Shown here: positions 11,867 to 21,964 of the stretch, in pieces
Position numbering within the stretch: position 1 is the stretch's first letter
Layout: each line of letters starts with the position of its first letter
NCBI GenBank assembly: GCA_963815115.1
Contig: CAWFFN010000012.1
Location: 1 to 64,000, forward strand
Direction: 5' to 3'
Source of the DNA: an uncultured delta proteobacterium
GTDB taxonomy: Bacteria > Desulfobacterota > Binatia > DP-6
Length of the DNA stretch: 64,000 bases
Notes under the pieces: model-generated
The model's input: only the letters and a program-made list of their open reading frames with translations
What the model was told of the DNA's origin: nothing
Databases searched by the model: none
Translations under genes and position numbers: made by a program

Positions 11867-12126
11867 GTGCGCGCCGAGCTCGCTCCGTCGCGCGTGCTGC
11901 GCGCCGTCTATGGCACCGGCGCGAGTGCCGACATCGCAGCCGCGCTGGATCGGGCTCAGACGCTGGTGCAGTCGACCGGCGCGCGCCCCTACGAGCCGCA
12001 GGCGCGACGCCGCCCGCGATCTGCTCGCCCCCGGTGTACGCCTGGTTCACCGAAGGCTTCGACACGCGCGACCTGAAGGCAGCGAAAGCACTGCTCGACG
12101 AGCTGGCGGCCCGAGGTCGCGCTTGA
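11867..12126 (+). pseudogene. Relic made of C-terminal pieces of STAND/cyclase-type regulators
   Basis: ..DIAAALDRAQTLVQSTGARPYEPQ joined, with frameshifts, to [30 protein letters not shown], the typical family C-terminus also seen in 25119-28130. Confidence 0.75.
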
Positions 12127-12159
12127 TCGACCGTAGCCTCTAGGCTACGGTCGGCCTGG

Positions 12160-12480
12160 TTGATCGATATCCGCAAGTATCGCCGTGCCGATGGCGTGGT
12201 TCCGTTCGATCGGTGGATGGCAACACTGCGGGACGCGCGTGCGAAGGCGCGGATTCTCGTTCAGCTCGACCGCCTGCGGCTCGGCCTCCCGGGCGACTGG
12301 AAGGCGGTCGGTGCGGGGGTGTTCGAGCTTCGTATCCATGAAGGCAAGGGGTACCGAGTGTACTTCGCACGAGAAGGAGCGACCGTCGTCGTGCTGCTCT
12401 GCGCGGGCGACAAGTCGGGGCAGAGCGGCGACATCGATCAAGCGAAATCGTATTGGCGAGAATATCGGAGGCAAGCATGA
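12160..12480 (+). CDS. RelE/ParE-superfamily addiction module toxin (HI1419-like)
   Basis: FDRWMATLRD.RAKARI..L.GLPGDWKAVGAGVFELRIHEGKGYRVYF..LLCAGDK; ATGA overlap with the antidote gene. Confidence 0.9.
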   Translation: MIDIRKYRRADGVVPFDRWMATLRDARAKARILVQLDRLRLGLPGDWKAVGAGVFELRIHEGKGYRVYFAREGATVVVLLCAGDKSGQSGDIDQAKSYWREYRRQA

Positions 12481-12767
12481 AGGCGGCTGCATACAAGGGT
12501 TCGGACTACCTGAAGACACAGAAAGACGTCGTCGCGTATCTCAACGCGGCGTTGGAGGACGGCGAGCCGGCCGTCTTGTTGGAGGCGCTGCGTAACGTGG
12601 CGATCGCCAAAGGCGGGATGGCCGCTCTTGCGCGCGCTGCGGGTGTGAGCCGCGAGAGTCTCTACCGCACACTGTCGCGTCGGGGGAACCCAAAGATCGA
12701 GACGATCATGGAACTCCTTCGCGCACTGGGTCTCAAGCTGACCGTCGAGCGGGGGCGGGCGGCGTAA
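12477..12767 (+). CDS. Addiction module antidote, Xre-HTH (HI1420-like)
   Basis: DYLKT..VVAYLNAALEDG...GGMAALARAAGVSRESLYRTLSRRGNPKIET. Confidence 0.9.
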   Translation: MKAAAYKGSDYLKTQKDVVAYLNAALEDGEPAVLLEALRNVAIAKGGMAALARAAGVSRESLYRTLSRRGNPKIETIMELLRALGLKLTVERGRAA

Positions 12768-13188
12768 ACGCTTCTCCCATGCGGTCGGTGGCATCGGCCG
12801 CCGTCGTGGGGACCTGTTGGCGATCCACGTCCGGTGGCTGAAGGCGATCTTCCGGGGGAGCCTTCATCAGCTCGACGTCCAGCTCTCTGATCTGGACGTC
12901 ACCCGAATCATCCCAAATCTCGCGCGGCGAGACTGCGACCCGGCAATTCGCGGAAAATCGCGGGCGCAAACGATGGGCCCCGCAGCACGCGGCCGGTCAC
13001 GGGTTCGCGGCATCGTCACCGCGACTGCCGTCGCCGGTGCGGGCGCGAGTGGGCGATCGCCGATCGATTTGCTCCAGGCGATCCGTTCGCGGCCTGGGGC
13101 ACGCGCTCGCTCGTTCCGAGGTCCCCGGGCGGTTCAGCTGAACGGCGCCCGCTCGACATCGGCGTCCTGTACGAGCAGTAGCCGGACG

Positions 13189-13545
13189 TCAGGCTCGCAG
13201 GGTGTCGATCTCGCCGGCACCCGCCTCGCGTTGTGGACGGAGCAGGAAGAGGAGCCATGCGAGGATCATGTTCGGCAGCTCGTACATGGCCAGGCCGACC
13301 TGGTTGTACCGGCCGGGAGCGATCGTGGTGCCGAACGACAAGTAGCTGCTCTCGCCTTCGACGATCATCCCGCCCAGGCGGCACAGCGCGAGCCCGGTGA
13401 GGGCGAGGACGAAGAACACGAATGCGGAGTTGCGATGCTTGGGGCGGAACACTCCGAGGAGCGCGAAGATCCCGATGGCCATTTGCAGGCCGCCGTACAT
13501 CATCACGTCACCCCGGACCGCTGGTACCGTATCCGCAAGGCGCGC
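13189..13545 (-). pseudogene. 5'-truncated DUF4345-like membrane protein
   Basis: MYGGLQMAIG...GLALCRLGG hydrophobic motifs; no convincing N-terminus and flanked by unrelated fragments. Confidence 0.5.
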
Positions 13546-14002
13546 CAGGTCTTCGACCACGTGACCCGCATCTACACGCTCATCCTCGATGGCTTCGAGA
13601 AGTACGTGCCGCTCGGAGACCGTCACGTCACGACGAGTGCCGTCGGACCGAGCGGCCTCTGGCTCGGTGAGCTGTCCGAGCGGCTTCCCGTCGTTCGACG
13701 TCGAGGTGGCCGCGTGTCGATGCTGAGCCATGTTCCGGGCCGCGACCTGCGGACCATGGTCTGGCATCTGGCAAAAACCCAAACACCACGGCACGACCCG
13801 GCCCAGGAGCCGCTCCCCACGTGGGTGAACGAATGGCACGCGGCGTACGAGTCCGGCGCCGACGTGACCACCTACGAAGGCGCACGACTATGAACGCGGC
13901 AACCGAACAGGCGGATCCCGACGGCAACCACGTCGGGTTGATGAGTCCTCGCGAGCCGGCGCGCAGGACGGCGCCTCGCGCAACCGGCGGCCGATTCCCG
14001 CA

Positions 14003-14030
14003 TGTCGATTCCGCTCGTCCCCGACCGACC
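14003..14030 (+). promoter_or_regulatory. Possible ECF-type promoter upstream of the YciI gene
   Basis: TGTCGA-N17-CGAC about 25 nt before the start, resembling TGTC../CGTC-type ECF promoters; inference. Confidence 0.35.
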
Positions 14031-14054
14031 AGGTGACGTAAAGGAGAGACACCC

Positions 14055-14450
14055 ATGAAGTACCTCTGCCTGGCCTACTACGACGAGAAGAAGTTCGAGA
14101 CGCTGACCGAGGCCGAGATGGCGGCGATCGGCCGCGAGTGCCGGCCGCTCGACGAGGACCTGCAACGTAGCGGTCACCTGCTGGAGGTCGGCTCGCTCGC
14201 CGCCACCAAAGACTCGGTCAGCCTGCGGCCCAGGAAGGGCAAGGTCACCGTCACCGACGGCCCGTATGCCGAGACCAAGGAGCAACTCGGGAGCTACTTC
14301 CTGATCGAAGCGCGGGATCTGAACGAGGCCATCCAGGTGGCGTCGAAGCACCCCGCGGCACGGATGAACGAGCACCTGGGCTGGGGCGTGGAGGTGCGGC
14401 CCATCGAGATGTGCCGCGTCGAGGCGGTGACGGAACCCGCCACGCGGTGA
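14055..14450 (+). CDS. YciI/DGPF domain protein
   Basis: MKYLCLAY...VTDGPYAETKEQLGSYFLIEARDLNEA...VEVRPI; RBS AAGGAG. Confidence 0.92.
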   Translation: MKYLCLAYYDEKKFETLTEAEMAAIGRECRPLDEDLQRSGHLLEVGSLAATKDSVSLRPRKGKVTVTDGPYAETKEQLGSYFLIEARDLNEAIQVASKHPAARMNEHLGWGVEVRPIEMCRVEAVTEPATR

Positions 14451-14565
14451 GCGACGCCGCCTGCCGCGCGCGGGCGATGATGGACGCCGGACTCGGCGCC
14501 GGAAGCTGGCGAAGTCCGACCTCGTCGCGCCTTTGGCGGAAGGTCGAAGAAATGGTTGGCGCGGC

Positions 14566-15312
14566 TCAGCGCCTGCCGGTCCCCAGGTCGTCCGAATACC
14601 CGGCCTTCAGGCGAGACCACTGGGCGGTGGGACGTCCATCGGTACGGGTAACTTGCCTGCCTTTGAACCGTTGTGGCCAGCCGGTCGGTGAGTCCTCCCA
14701 CGTCTCCTGCCGCCCGTAGGCGGTCAGGTCGAGCAACCGATAGCTATTGTCCATCGCCTCGACGCCGCGTCTCGTCGTCCAGTAAGTCTCGAAGACGTTG
14801 GATCCTCGTCGCAGGTAGCAAACGATGTGCATCATGCCCACCCGGCGTCCAACCAGGAGAGTGTCGAGCGAGTCCTGGGCCGAGTACCAAGGCATCTCCC
14901 AGCCCATGAAGTCGCGGTACCGGGCACTCTCCTCGTACGGGCCCTGGCAAAACGTGGCGTAGGTGACGTCGCGAGAATGAACATAGGACAGCTCGCGGAC
15001 CTGCGATGTAACCCAGGTGCACCCCTCGCACTGCTCCGGCGCAGGGTCGCCGGTGTGCCACATGAAGTAGTAGGCGATGAGCATCCGGCGTCCCTCGAAC
15101 GCGTCCAATAGTGTCACCGCGCCACGTTCGCCAACGAGCGCCGTGGCCCCATCCACCTCGACCATGGGGAGCCGCCGCCGGGCGGCCGCAATGGCGTCGC
15201 CTTCTCTCGTGTGGGCCTTCTCTCGAACCCGGAGTGCGTCCAGCTCGGCCTGGAAGGTGCTCCGATCGACTATCTCAGGGGCTCCGAGTTCATCGCTCAT
15301 GAAGTCGTCCAT
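14566..15312 (-). CDS. DUF899 family thioredoxin-like protein
   Basis: REKAHTREGDAIAAARRRLPMVEV, FEGRRMLIAYYFMW, CEGC, LDLTAYGRQETWEDSPTGWPQ. Confidence 0.9.
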   Translation of the reverse strand: MDDFMSDELGAPEIVDRSTFQAELDALRVREKAHTREGDAIAAARRRLPMVEVDGATALVGERGAVTLLDAFEGRRMLIAYYFMWHTGDPAPEQCEGCTWVTSQVRELSYVHSRDVTYATFCQGPYEESARYRDFMGWEMPWYSAQDSLDTLLVGRRVGMMHIVCYLRRGSNVFETYWTTRRGVEAMDNSYRLLDLTAYGRQETWEDSPTGWPQRFKGRQVTRTDGRPTAQWSRLKAGYSDDLGTGRR

Positions 15313-15338
15313 CGTTCTCTCCGTTCGCCTCGTCGCCC

Positions 15339-15980
15339 TTACTTCTTTTTCCGCTTGAGCCGGCGGACGATCCGCACCTTGCCGCTGGATCCTCCGCCGC
15401 AGAAGAAGCGATCGCCGCCGTCGGACTCGAGCCCGGACACGGTCACGCCGGTCGGCATCTCGAGCCGCTCAAGGACTTCGCCCGTTCCCGGATCGACGCG
15501 CCGCAGATCGCTCTCGTCACCTTCCCAGGTGCCGTGCCAGAGCTCGCCGTCGACCCAGGTGACGCCGGTGACGAAACGGTCGGACTCGATCGTGCGGCGG
15601 ATCGCGCCCGTCTCGGGATCGATCTGATGGATCTTCCGATCCCGGTACTGTCCCACCCAGAGCGTTCCTTCGGCCCACGTGAGCCCCGAGCCGCCGCCGC
15701 CGGGCGCCGGGATCGTGGCGAGCACACGGCCGGTCTTCGGATCGATCTTCTGGATGCGATCGTCGGCGAGCTGGAACAGGTGCTTACCGTCGAAGGCGGT
15801 TCCGGCATGCGCGGCGACGTCGATCGAGCGCAGCGTCTTTCCGCTCGCCGGGTCGAGCGCTTTCAGCGTGTCGCCGGCGGCGAACCAGACATGCCGGCCG
15901 TCGTACGTGACCCCGTTCACCTGCTCGACACCGGGAAAGGGTCCATACTCCGCGAGGATCTCGGCTGCCGACCGGTGCAT
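15339..15980 (-). CDS. Glutaminyl-cyclotransferase-like beta-propeller protein
   Basis: Repeated GVTYDG/GTAFDG/GLTWAEG/GVTWVDG/GLESDG blades. Confidence 0.8.
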   Translation of the reverse strand: MHRSAAEILAEYGPFPGVEQVNGVTYDGRHVWFAAGDTLKALDPASGKTLRSIDVAAHAGTAFDGKHLFQLADDRIQKIDPKTGRVLATIPAPGGGGSGLTWAEGTLWVGQYRDRKIHQIDPETGAIRRTIESDRFVTGVTWVDGELWHGTWEGDESDLRRVDPGTGEVLERLEMPTGVTVSGLESDGGDRFFCGGGSSGKVRIVRRLKRKKK

Positions 15981-15989
15981 GCGCCCATC

Positions 15990-17210
15990 CTAGCCACTCG
16001 GCAGCGGAGCGGGGAGTAACAAGGTCGTCGTGAATCCCGGCACGGGCGGCGTCATCCAACGCCGCGCGCGCCCGTGACCGAACGCCTGCACCTTGCCTGC
16101 GCCCGCGAGCGCCTCGAGCGCCCGCTGCACGGTGCGCTGGCTCGTGCCGAGCGCGAGCGCCAGGGCCGAGCTCGACCACGATTCGCCGTCGGCGAGCAAG
16201 GCGAGCACCGCCGCGTGCTCCTCCTCGACGGGCCGTCCCAGGACGACGACCTCGCGCGCTCGGCGTGGCGCCAGCGTGAACCCTCGCGGCGTCGCGTTCA
16301 CGTGGGCCAGCATCCCAAGCGCCCTGCGAAGGCGCCCGACTTCGACGCGCAAGCGCGCGCGATGCGATTCGTCGGCGACCCTCGCGCCGAATGCCCGCGC
16401 GAGCAGCACGTCCCTCGGCACGTCGGCCGGCCATGCTTCGCCGAGGGCGCGTGCGAGCGCGAACAACACCGGACGCCGCGCGAGCGGGACGACGCTGCGG
16501 GCATCACGCACGACGTGGCGGCACGCGTCCACGACGAGCGCCTTCGACGCCAGCAACGCTTCGACGTCCTCGAGCAGGAGCGATCGCTCCTCCCCGCGCG
16601 CGATCAGGCGAGCCGCCGGCGTGTCCAGGGCGCGCGCCGCCCGTTCGACCTCCGCCGTCAGCGCCGGGATGCGTGCCCGGCGCGCTGCGCGCCCGGCCCG
16701 AGCGAGCGCCGCGCGCGCGGCCGTCGTCCGGAGGCGCCGTATCGCGATCCCCGCGATCATCAGCTCGTGGACGGTCCGCGACGCGGGCGGGAAGGGCGAG
16801 GGGTCGAGCGCGGCGAGCGTGCCCTCGGCCTCGTCGAGACGTCCGATCAGGAGGAGGTGGCGCACCTCGAGATACCGCGCGTGCGCGGCGTTCACCCGGT
16901 CGCCGTGCGACTCGAGCGTCGTCCGCGCCGCGTCGAGCGTCTTCGCCGACCACCCCAGGTCGCGCGCGGCGAGCGCGATCTCGGCCTCGGCGACGACGCA
17001 CCGCGCGCGGGACACCGCCTCCCTCGGTCCGAAGGCGCGCGCGGCGCGGCGCAGGAGCGTCCTCGCCCAGACGAGATCGCCGAGCTGCGCCATGGCGATA
17101 CCCCGCAGCGCGAGCGCGGGCGCGTCGTCGCGCAGGGCGACCCGCCTCAACGCGCCGAGGGGATCGCCCGCCGCGAGCGCGATCCCGGCGGCCGTGATCA
17201 GCGAATCCAT
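15990..17210 (-). CDS. TPR-like plus C-terminal HTH DNA-binding protein
   Basis: MDSLITAAGIALAAGDPLGALRRVALRDD..; C-terminal WSSSALALALGTSQRTVQRAL HTH. Confidence 0.85.
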   Translation of the reverse strand: MDSLITAAGIALAAGDPLGALRRVALRDDAPALALRGIAMAQLGDLVWARTLLRRAARAFGPREAVSRARCVVAEAEIALAARDLGWSAKTLDAARTTLESHGDRVNAAHARYLEVRHLLLIGRLDEAEGTLAALDPSPFPPASRTVHELMIAGIAIRRLRTTAARAALARAGRAARRARIPALTAEVERAARALDTPAARLIARGEERSLLLEDVEALLASKALVVDACRHVVRDARSVVPLARRPVLFALARALGEAWPADVPRDVLLARAFGARVADESHRARLRVEVGRLRRALGMLAHVNATPRGFTLAPRRAREVVVLGRPVEEEHAAVLALLADGESWSSSALALALGTSQRTVQRALEALAGAGKVQAFGHGRARRWMTPPVPGFTTTLLLPAPLPSG

Positions 17211-17290
17211 CGAAATCCCGTCAAATTTGTCACTCCCACCGTTCGATGGGCGGGGCTAAGACTACTTCACGAAGGGAGGAGAGGAGACCC

Positions 17291-18097
17291 ATGCCGAAGC
17301 ACCGGACCGGGACACGTGAAGAATGGCTGGCCGAGCGTCGCGAGCTGCTCGCGGCGGAGAAGGAGCAGACGCGGCGCGGCGACGAGCTGGCGCGGCGGCG
17401 GCAGGAGCTCCCGTGGGTCCGGATCGACAAGGCATATCGATTCGACACCGATGACGGCGCCGCCTCGCTGGCGGAACTCTTCCGCGGACGCTCGCAGCTC
17501 CTCGTCTACCACTTCATGTTCGGGCCCGACTACACGGCGGGATGCCCGTCCTGCTCTGCGATCGCCGACGGGTTCGACGGCAGCGTCGTCCACCTGGCCA
17601 ACCACGACGTCACGCTGTGTGCGGTGTCGCGGGCGCCGCTCGCGAAGCTGCAGGCGTACAAGCGGCGGATGGGGTGGACGTTCCCCTGGGCGTCCTCGTT
17701 CGGCGGCGACTTCAACGCCGACTTCCACGTCACGTTCACCGAGGCGCAGCAGCGCGAGGGCGGCATCGAGTACAACTTCCGCCGCGAGGCGGGCGCACCG
17801 CTGGTCGGACACGACACGAAGACGTGGAAGGCGAGCGAGCCTGCCCGGGAAGCCGGCGGCGAGGGCCCCGTCGCCCAGATGGCGGCGGCCACCGGAACGG
17901 ACGTGCCGACGTACACCCGGGAGCGGCCGGGCATGAGCGCGTTCGTGCGCGAGGACGGGGTCGTCTACCACACGTACTCCGCGTACGCGCGCGGGGTCGA
18001 CGGCCTCTGGGGCATGTACCAGTGGCTCGACCGCGCGTCCCGCGGCCGCAACGAGACGGGCATCTGGTGGCGTCGCCACGACGAGTACGGGCGCTGA
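17291..18097 (+). CDS. DUF899 family thioredoxin-like protein (second paralog)
   Basis: REEWLAERRELLAAEKE, LFRGRSQLLVYHFMFGP, CPSC, YHTYSAYARG; strong RBS GGAGGAGAGGAG. Confidence 0.92.
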   Translation: MPKHRTGTREEWLAERRELLAAEKEQTRRGDELARRRQELPWVRIDKAYRFDTDDGAASLAELFRGRSQLLVYHFMFGPDYTAGCPSCSAIADGFDGSVVHLANHDVTLCAVSRAPLAKLQAYKRRMGWTFPWASSFGGDFNADFHVTFTEAQQREGGIEYNFRREAGAPLVGHDTKTWKASEPAREAGGEGPVAQMAAATGTDVPTYTRERPGMSAFVREDGVVYHTYSAYARGVDGLWGMYQWLDRASRGRNETGIWWRRHDEYGR

Positions 18098-18105
18098 GCG
18101 ACGTC

Positions 18106-18310
18106 ATGGCGGTCATGGCGCAGGACTCGAGATCGTTGCGACGCATGGCGTTCGAGCGAGACGCCGAGCGAGCGTTCCTCGGCGTTGCGAGTGGCGGCCG
18201 CCGTCACGGCCGAACGGCTCGCACCGGCCGGTGAGCGCGTCGCGCGCGGCGTCGGGGTCGTCGTCATCGGGACAGGGCTGCTCCTGATCGCGCGAGCCGC
18301 CCCCGGATGA
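18106..18310 (+). pseudogene. DUF2182 membrane protein collapsed by internal deletion
   Basis: N-terminal MAFERDAERAFLGVA joined out of frame at ~18190 to C-terminal VAAAVTAERLAPAGERVARGVGVVVIGTGLLLIARAA; DUF2182 usually follows DUF899. Confidence 0.7.
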
Positions 18311-18692
18311 CGGGCGCGCGGCCGCCGAGCTCACCAGGGCACCGGCAGGGGCCGCCGGAACCATGAGGAGGTGCGTCGTTGACGAACGCCGGCCGTGTCA
18401 CGCTGGCGTCCAGGTAAATCTGGCTAGGTTGTGGCACCGTCAGCTCCCTCCCATAGCAGGGGCCTCGGGGTCAAGATCGCTATTGACACATGGCCAGCGG
18501 TCACGAGATGATGCCAGTGTCGGAAGCGAATGAGCGTATCTTCGAGTCTCGCGTGCCCGATTTCCCCTTCGAGCGGCCGGGTCATCATCCACACCGTGAC
18601 ACGCCAGCGATGGACACGCGAGTGATCGGCACGAGCCGCCCCGCAATCAGTCCCTGGCGCGATGAGCGGTGCATACCGACGGAGACGTCCTC

Positions 18693-19256
18693 ATGAAGCG
18701 CCTCGGAAGTGTCTTGCTGCTCGTGCCGTTGCTCGCGATCTCGTCCGGCACCGACGGCGTGTGGACGTTGCGCGAGCACTATTGCATCAAGTTCGACCTC
18801 AAGACGCGGTGCGGTCGCGGCAGCGAGCAGTACATGTTCATCGGCGGCACGGCGTACTACCGCGGCGATACGAGCGAGGAGTGGCTCGAGGCCGGGACCG
18901 TCGGCATCGAGGGTCGCCACGTCCGGGTGGACCTCGATGAAGCGGGCTTCGATCAGCTGGTCGCCTCGCGTACGGGTCTCGACGTCAGCGAGTACATCGA
19001 GACTTTCTCGTTGTCCTACACAGGCACCCTTCGAGGGACGCACATCGTGAAGGGCCACGTGCGCGCAAATGCTTCGCTCGACGTCGAGGGCACGCCGCAC
19101 ACGCTCCGCGCCCGCGGCGGCTTCACCGGGCGGCGCGTCGGCGACCCCGAGCCCGTACCCGTCTCGGCCGAGCTGGCGACGTCTCGACCCGCCGCGGCGG
19201 GAAGCCTGCGTGCCGTGGCGTCGATGATCGCGACGCACGTCCCCGCGCGGCCGTAA
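18693..19256 (+). CDS. Hypothetical secreted protein
   Basis: Signal-peptide-like MKRLGSVLLLVPLLAISS, RBS GGAG, GC3-rich codons; family not recognised. Confidence 0.7.
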   Translation: MKRLGSVLLLVPLLAISSGTDGVWTLREHYCIKFDLKTRCGRGSEQYMFIGGTAYYRGDTSEEWLEAGTVGIEGRHVRVDLDEAGFDQLVASRTGLDVSEYIETFSLSYTGTLRGTHIVKGHVRANASLDVEGTPHTLRARGGFTGRRVGDPEPVPVSAELATSRPAAAGSLRAVASMIATHVPARP

Positions 19257-19359
19257 TCTCCGGGCGCGCCGCATGGCTCGACGCGAGCCTGCCGCTCGAG
19301 CGGCTCCGCGCCGGCGAGGTCGGCGACGAACTTCGCCTCCTGCGCGGCGAAGAACGACC

Positions 19360-19878
19360 TCACGGGGCGACGATGTCGAGAGGCTGCCTTTCTTCGAACG
19401 TTCGCGCGTCGAGGCGCTTGGCGATGAGTCCATCGACGGCGAATGGCCCCGAGCCGCCGATGACGAGGGCTGCGAGACAGGCGAAATAGAGCAGGATGAC
19501 CTCATAACCCACCGGTCCGAACTGCGCTCCCGTCGCGGTCACGGCGAGGAGCTTGATCGAGCTGAACCCATAGGGGAGGTGCACCGTAAACATGGCCACC
19601 GATAGCACCGCCATCATCGGCACGCTGACAATCGTCACGAACGCCCCCAGCAGTACGGCAAGGCCGCCGAGCAATTCGGTGAGTATCGTCGACCATGCCA
19701 TGAAGTGCGGGGCAGGCACGCCCATCGTCTGGAGAATGGCGACGAACGCGTCTGGCCCCCTGGACAGCTTGGCGAACCCGTGTTGCATGAATCCGTAACC
19801 AACAATCAAGCGCAGCGGAATGGGAGACCATCGCGCCATCGGGAATCGGGTCAATAGGTTGAGCACGACATCGCTCAT
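19360..19878 (-). CDS. DoxX family membrane protein
   Basis: LRLIVGYGFMQHGFAKL, ELLGGLAVLLG, GYE, GSGPFAVD. Confidence 0.9.
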   Translation of the reverse strand: MSDVVLNLLTRFPMARWSPIPLRLIVGYGFMQHGFAKLSRGPDAFVAILQTMGVPAPHFMAWSTILTELLGGLAVLLGAFVTIVSVPMMAVLSVAMFTVHLPYGFSSIKLLAVTATGAQFGPVGYEVILLYFACLAALVIGGSGPFAVDGLIAKRLDARTFEERQPLDIVAP

Positions 19879-19999
19879 GACCTGCCTCCGGGTGCGTAGG
19901 AATCGATGTCGGCGGCTGGTCTGAGCCCATGCCGAGAGGGGTTCTCGACGTGTTCTGCTGGAAGCAACGGGCCGCCCTGCAAGCCGTCGGGTCGTCGAT

Positions 20000-20854
20000 T
20001 CAGCGTGCGAAGAAGTCGCGGATCGTTGCCGCGATCTCCTTCGCATGGGTCTCGAGCGCGAAGTGACCCGTGTCGAAGAAATGGACCATCGCACCGGGAA
20101 TGTCGCGTCTGAACGCCTCGGCACCGCGCGGCAGGAAGAAGGGATCGTTCCTTCCCCACACCGCCAGGAAGAGCGGCTTGTGCGTCCGGAAGTAATTTTG
20201 AAAGGTCGGGTAGAGCGCGACGTTGCTCTTGTAGTCGCCGAACAGGTCCAACTGGATCTCGTCGGCGCCCGCGCGAGCCAAATAGAAGTTGTCGAGCGAG
20301 TATCCGTCCGGAGACACTGCGGTCACGTCGGGCACGCCGTGCGTGTACTGCCAGCGCGTCGTTTCGGGAGCGAGGAAGCTGCGGAGCGCCTCTCGGTTGG
20401 CCGGCGACGGCTCTTGCCAATAGGCCCGTATGGGGTTCCAGCCGTCGCTCAACCCTTCCTCATAGGCGTTGCCGTTCTGGGAGATGATTGCGGTGAGGCG
20501 ATCCGGATGTCGGGCGGCGAGGCGGAAGCCGATGGGTGCGCCATAGTCAAAGGCGTAGATCGCGAAGCGCTGAAGGCCGAGCAGCTCGGTGAAGCGATCG
20601 ATGACGTTCGCGATGTTCTCGAACGTGTAGGTGAAGGCGCTGCGCGCCGGCATGTCGGATTGCCCAAACCCCGGTAGGTCGGGAGCGACGAGGCGAAACC
20701 GGTCCGCGAGTTGCGGGATGAGATCGCGGAACATGTGGCCGGCGGTGGGAAAGCCGTGCAACAGCAGGATCGTTCGCGCGTCGTTCGGCCCGGCCTCGCG
20801 ATAGAAGACCTTGACGCCGTCGACATCCAGCTTCCGGAACGTCACCGTGCTCAT
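20000..20854 (-). CDS. Alpha/beta fold hydrolase
   Basis: LLLHGFP, APDLPGFGQS, FDYGAP nucleophile elbow, TGHFALE. Confidence 0.93.
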   Translation of the reverse strand: MSTVTFRKLDVDGVKVFYREAGPNDARTILLLHGFPTAGHMFRDLIPQLADRFRLVAPDLPGFGQSDMPARSAFTYTFENIANVIDRFTELLGLQRFAIYAFDYGAPIGFRLAARHPDRLTAIISQNGNAYEEGLSDGWNPIRAYWQEPSPANREALRSFLAPETTRWQYTHGVPDVTAVSPDGYSLDNFYLARAGADEIQLDLFGDYKSNVALYPTFQNYFRTHKPLFLAVWGRNDPFFLPRGAEAFRRDIPGAMVHFFDTGHFALETHAKEIAATIRDFFAR

Positions 20855-20894
20855 GGGAAATCCTTTCGCTCTGTGGTCAATGGCGCTGATGGAG

Positions 20895-21000
20895 GTTAGA
20901 GTCGACGTCGAGCGTGAAGCCGATCTGATCGACATGGAACCACCGCAGCGCTCGCTCGACATCGCTCACCGGCACCACGACCACTTCGACTGCACGTCCT
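20895..21000 (-). pseudogene. VOC/glyoxalase N-terminal fragment
   Basis: VEVVVVPVSDVERA..F.VDQIGFTLDVD only. Confidence 0.55.
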
Positions 21001-21061
21001 TCGGCGTCAGCAAGGTGCCCACGATGGGAGCGGACTCCGTCGGCGAGCGACGACGGCCAAC

Positions 21062-21964
21062 TCATTCCCGCACGCGTGCCGGAGACTCATTCTCCGGGAG
21101 CCGGATGCCCCCGACTTCGTCCACGCTGAGATTGCGGTCAGGACCGTGCGCGATGACCGCTTGGCCGGGGACAGGCTCCAGCTTCTGACCGTCGATCGTG
21201 ATCTCCACCTGGTCGGGTTCGAAGGAGACCAGGTCGCCGATGCGAGCCATCGCTTCGAAGGGAGCTCGATACGACCAGGCGGCTTTGTGCGCGTCGCCGA
21301 TGTCGTAGTAGGACGCCAGACCCTTGTACGGGCAGAAGGTCTGGCCCTCGACCGGGTGCAGAGCCTCGGAGACCGCGTCGGCGCGGGGAACGTACCAGCG
21401 CGGAGCGAAACCGGACTCGTAGAGCACGAGAGGGGCGCGGGTGTCCGCGACGAGTTGATTGCCCTTCCGCACGACGAGGTGCCGGGAGCTGCGTCGGATG
21501 TCGATCCGGTGATAGGGGTCGGCGGCATGGCCGAGAATGCGCTCGTCCTCTTCGTAGAACGCGTCCATCGCCCGCCATGCGAACGCGACGAAGTCGCGGA
21601 ATGCCGCGGCTTGCGGGGGCGGGTCGACGTGCTGCCAAGCGCCGCGGCGCGCGACGTGGCCCTGACCGACGACCACGTCGAACCATTTCGTTTCACCGAG
21701 GTCCGGGTGCTTGGTCTGGTGGTTCGTGGCCTGCAGAACGCCGTCGGCGACGTCGCCGAGGGGGAAGTACGCGACCGGGTAGCGACCCGGTTCGAACAGG
21801 AGCACGGCGCCGTCGCTTCGAGCGACGAGGCTCCCACCGAGCTCGACGCTCATTCTGCGGCGCAGTGGCTCCGCGAACAGCAGCCGCTCGGGCAGCGGGC
21901 TTGCTGTGAGAAACCTGCCATTTGGATCGCGCCCCAGGGGCCCCTGCTGCCATGAAAGTCCCAT
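21062..21964 (-). CDS. Tandem DUF427 domain protein
   Basis: Two units: LLFEPGRYPVAYFP and LYESGFAPRWYVP..TFCPYKGLASYY..AAWSY. Confidence 0.88.
   Translation of the reverse strand: MGLSWQQGPLGRDPNGRFLTASPLPERLLFAEPLRRRMSVELGGSLVARSDGAVLLFEPGRYPVAYFPLGDVADGVLQATNHQTKHPDLGETKWFDVVVGQGHVARRGAWQHVDPPPQAAAFRDFVAFAWRAMDAFYEEDERILGHAADPYHRIDIRRSSRHLVVRKGNQLVADTRAPLVLYESGFAPRWYVPRADAVSEALHPVEGQTFCPYKGLASYYDIGDAHKAAWSYRAPFEAMARIGDLVSFEPDQVEITIDGQKLEPVPGQAVIAHGPDRNLSVDEVGGIRLPENESPARVRE

Noticed and set aside
12817-13893. 358-aa plus-strand ORF
   Set aside because: It reads as a mosaic of unrelated fragments and overlaps the DUF4345-like relic on the other strand; no coherent domain.
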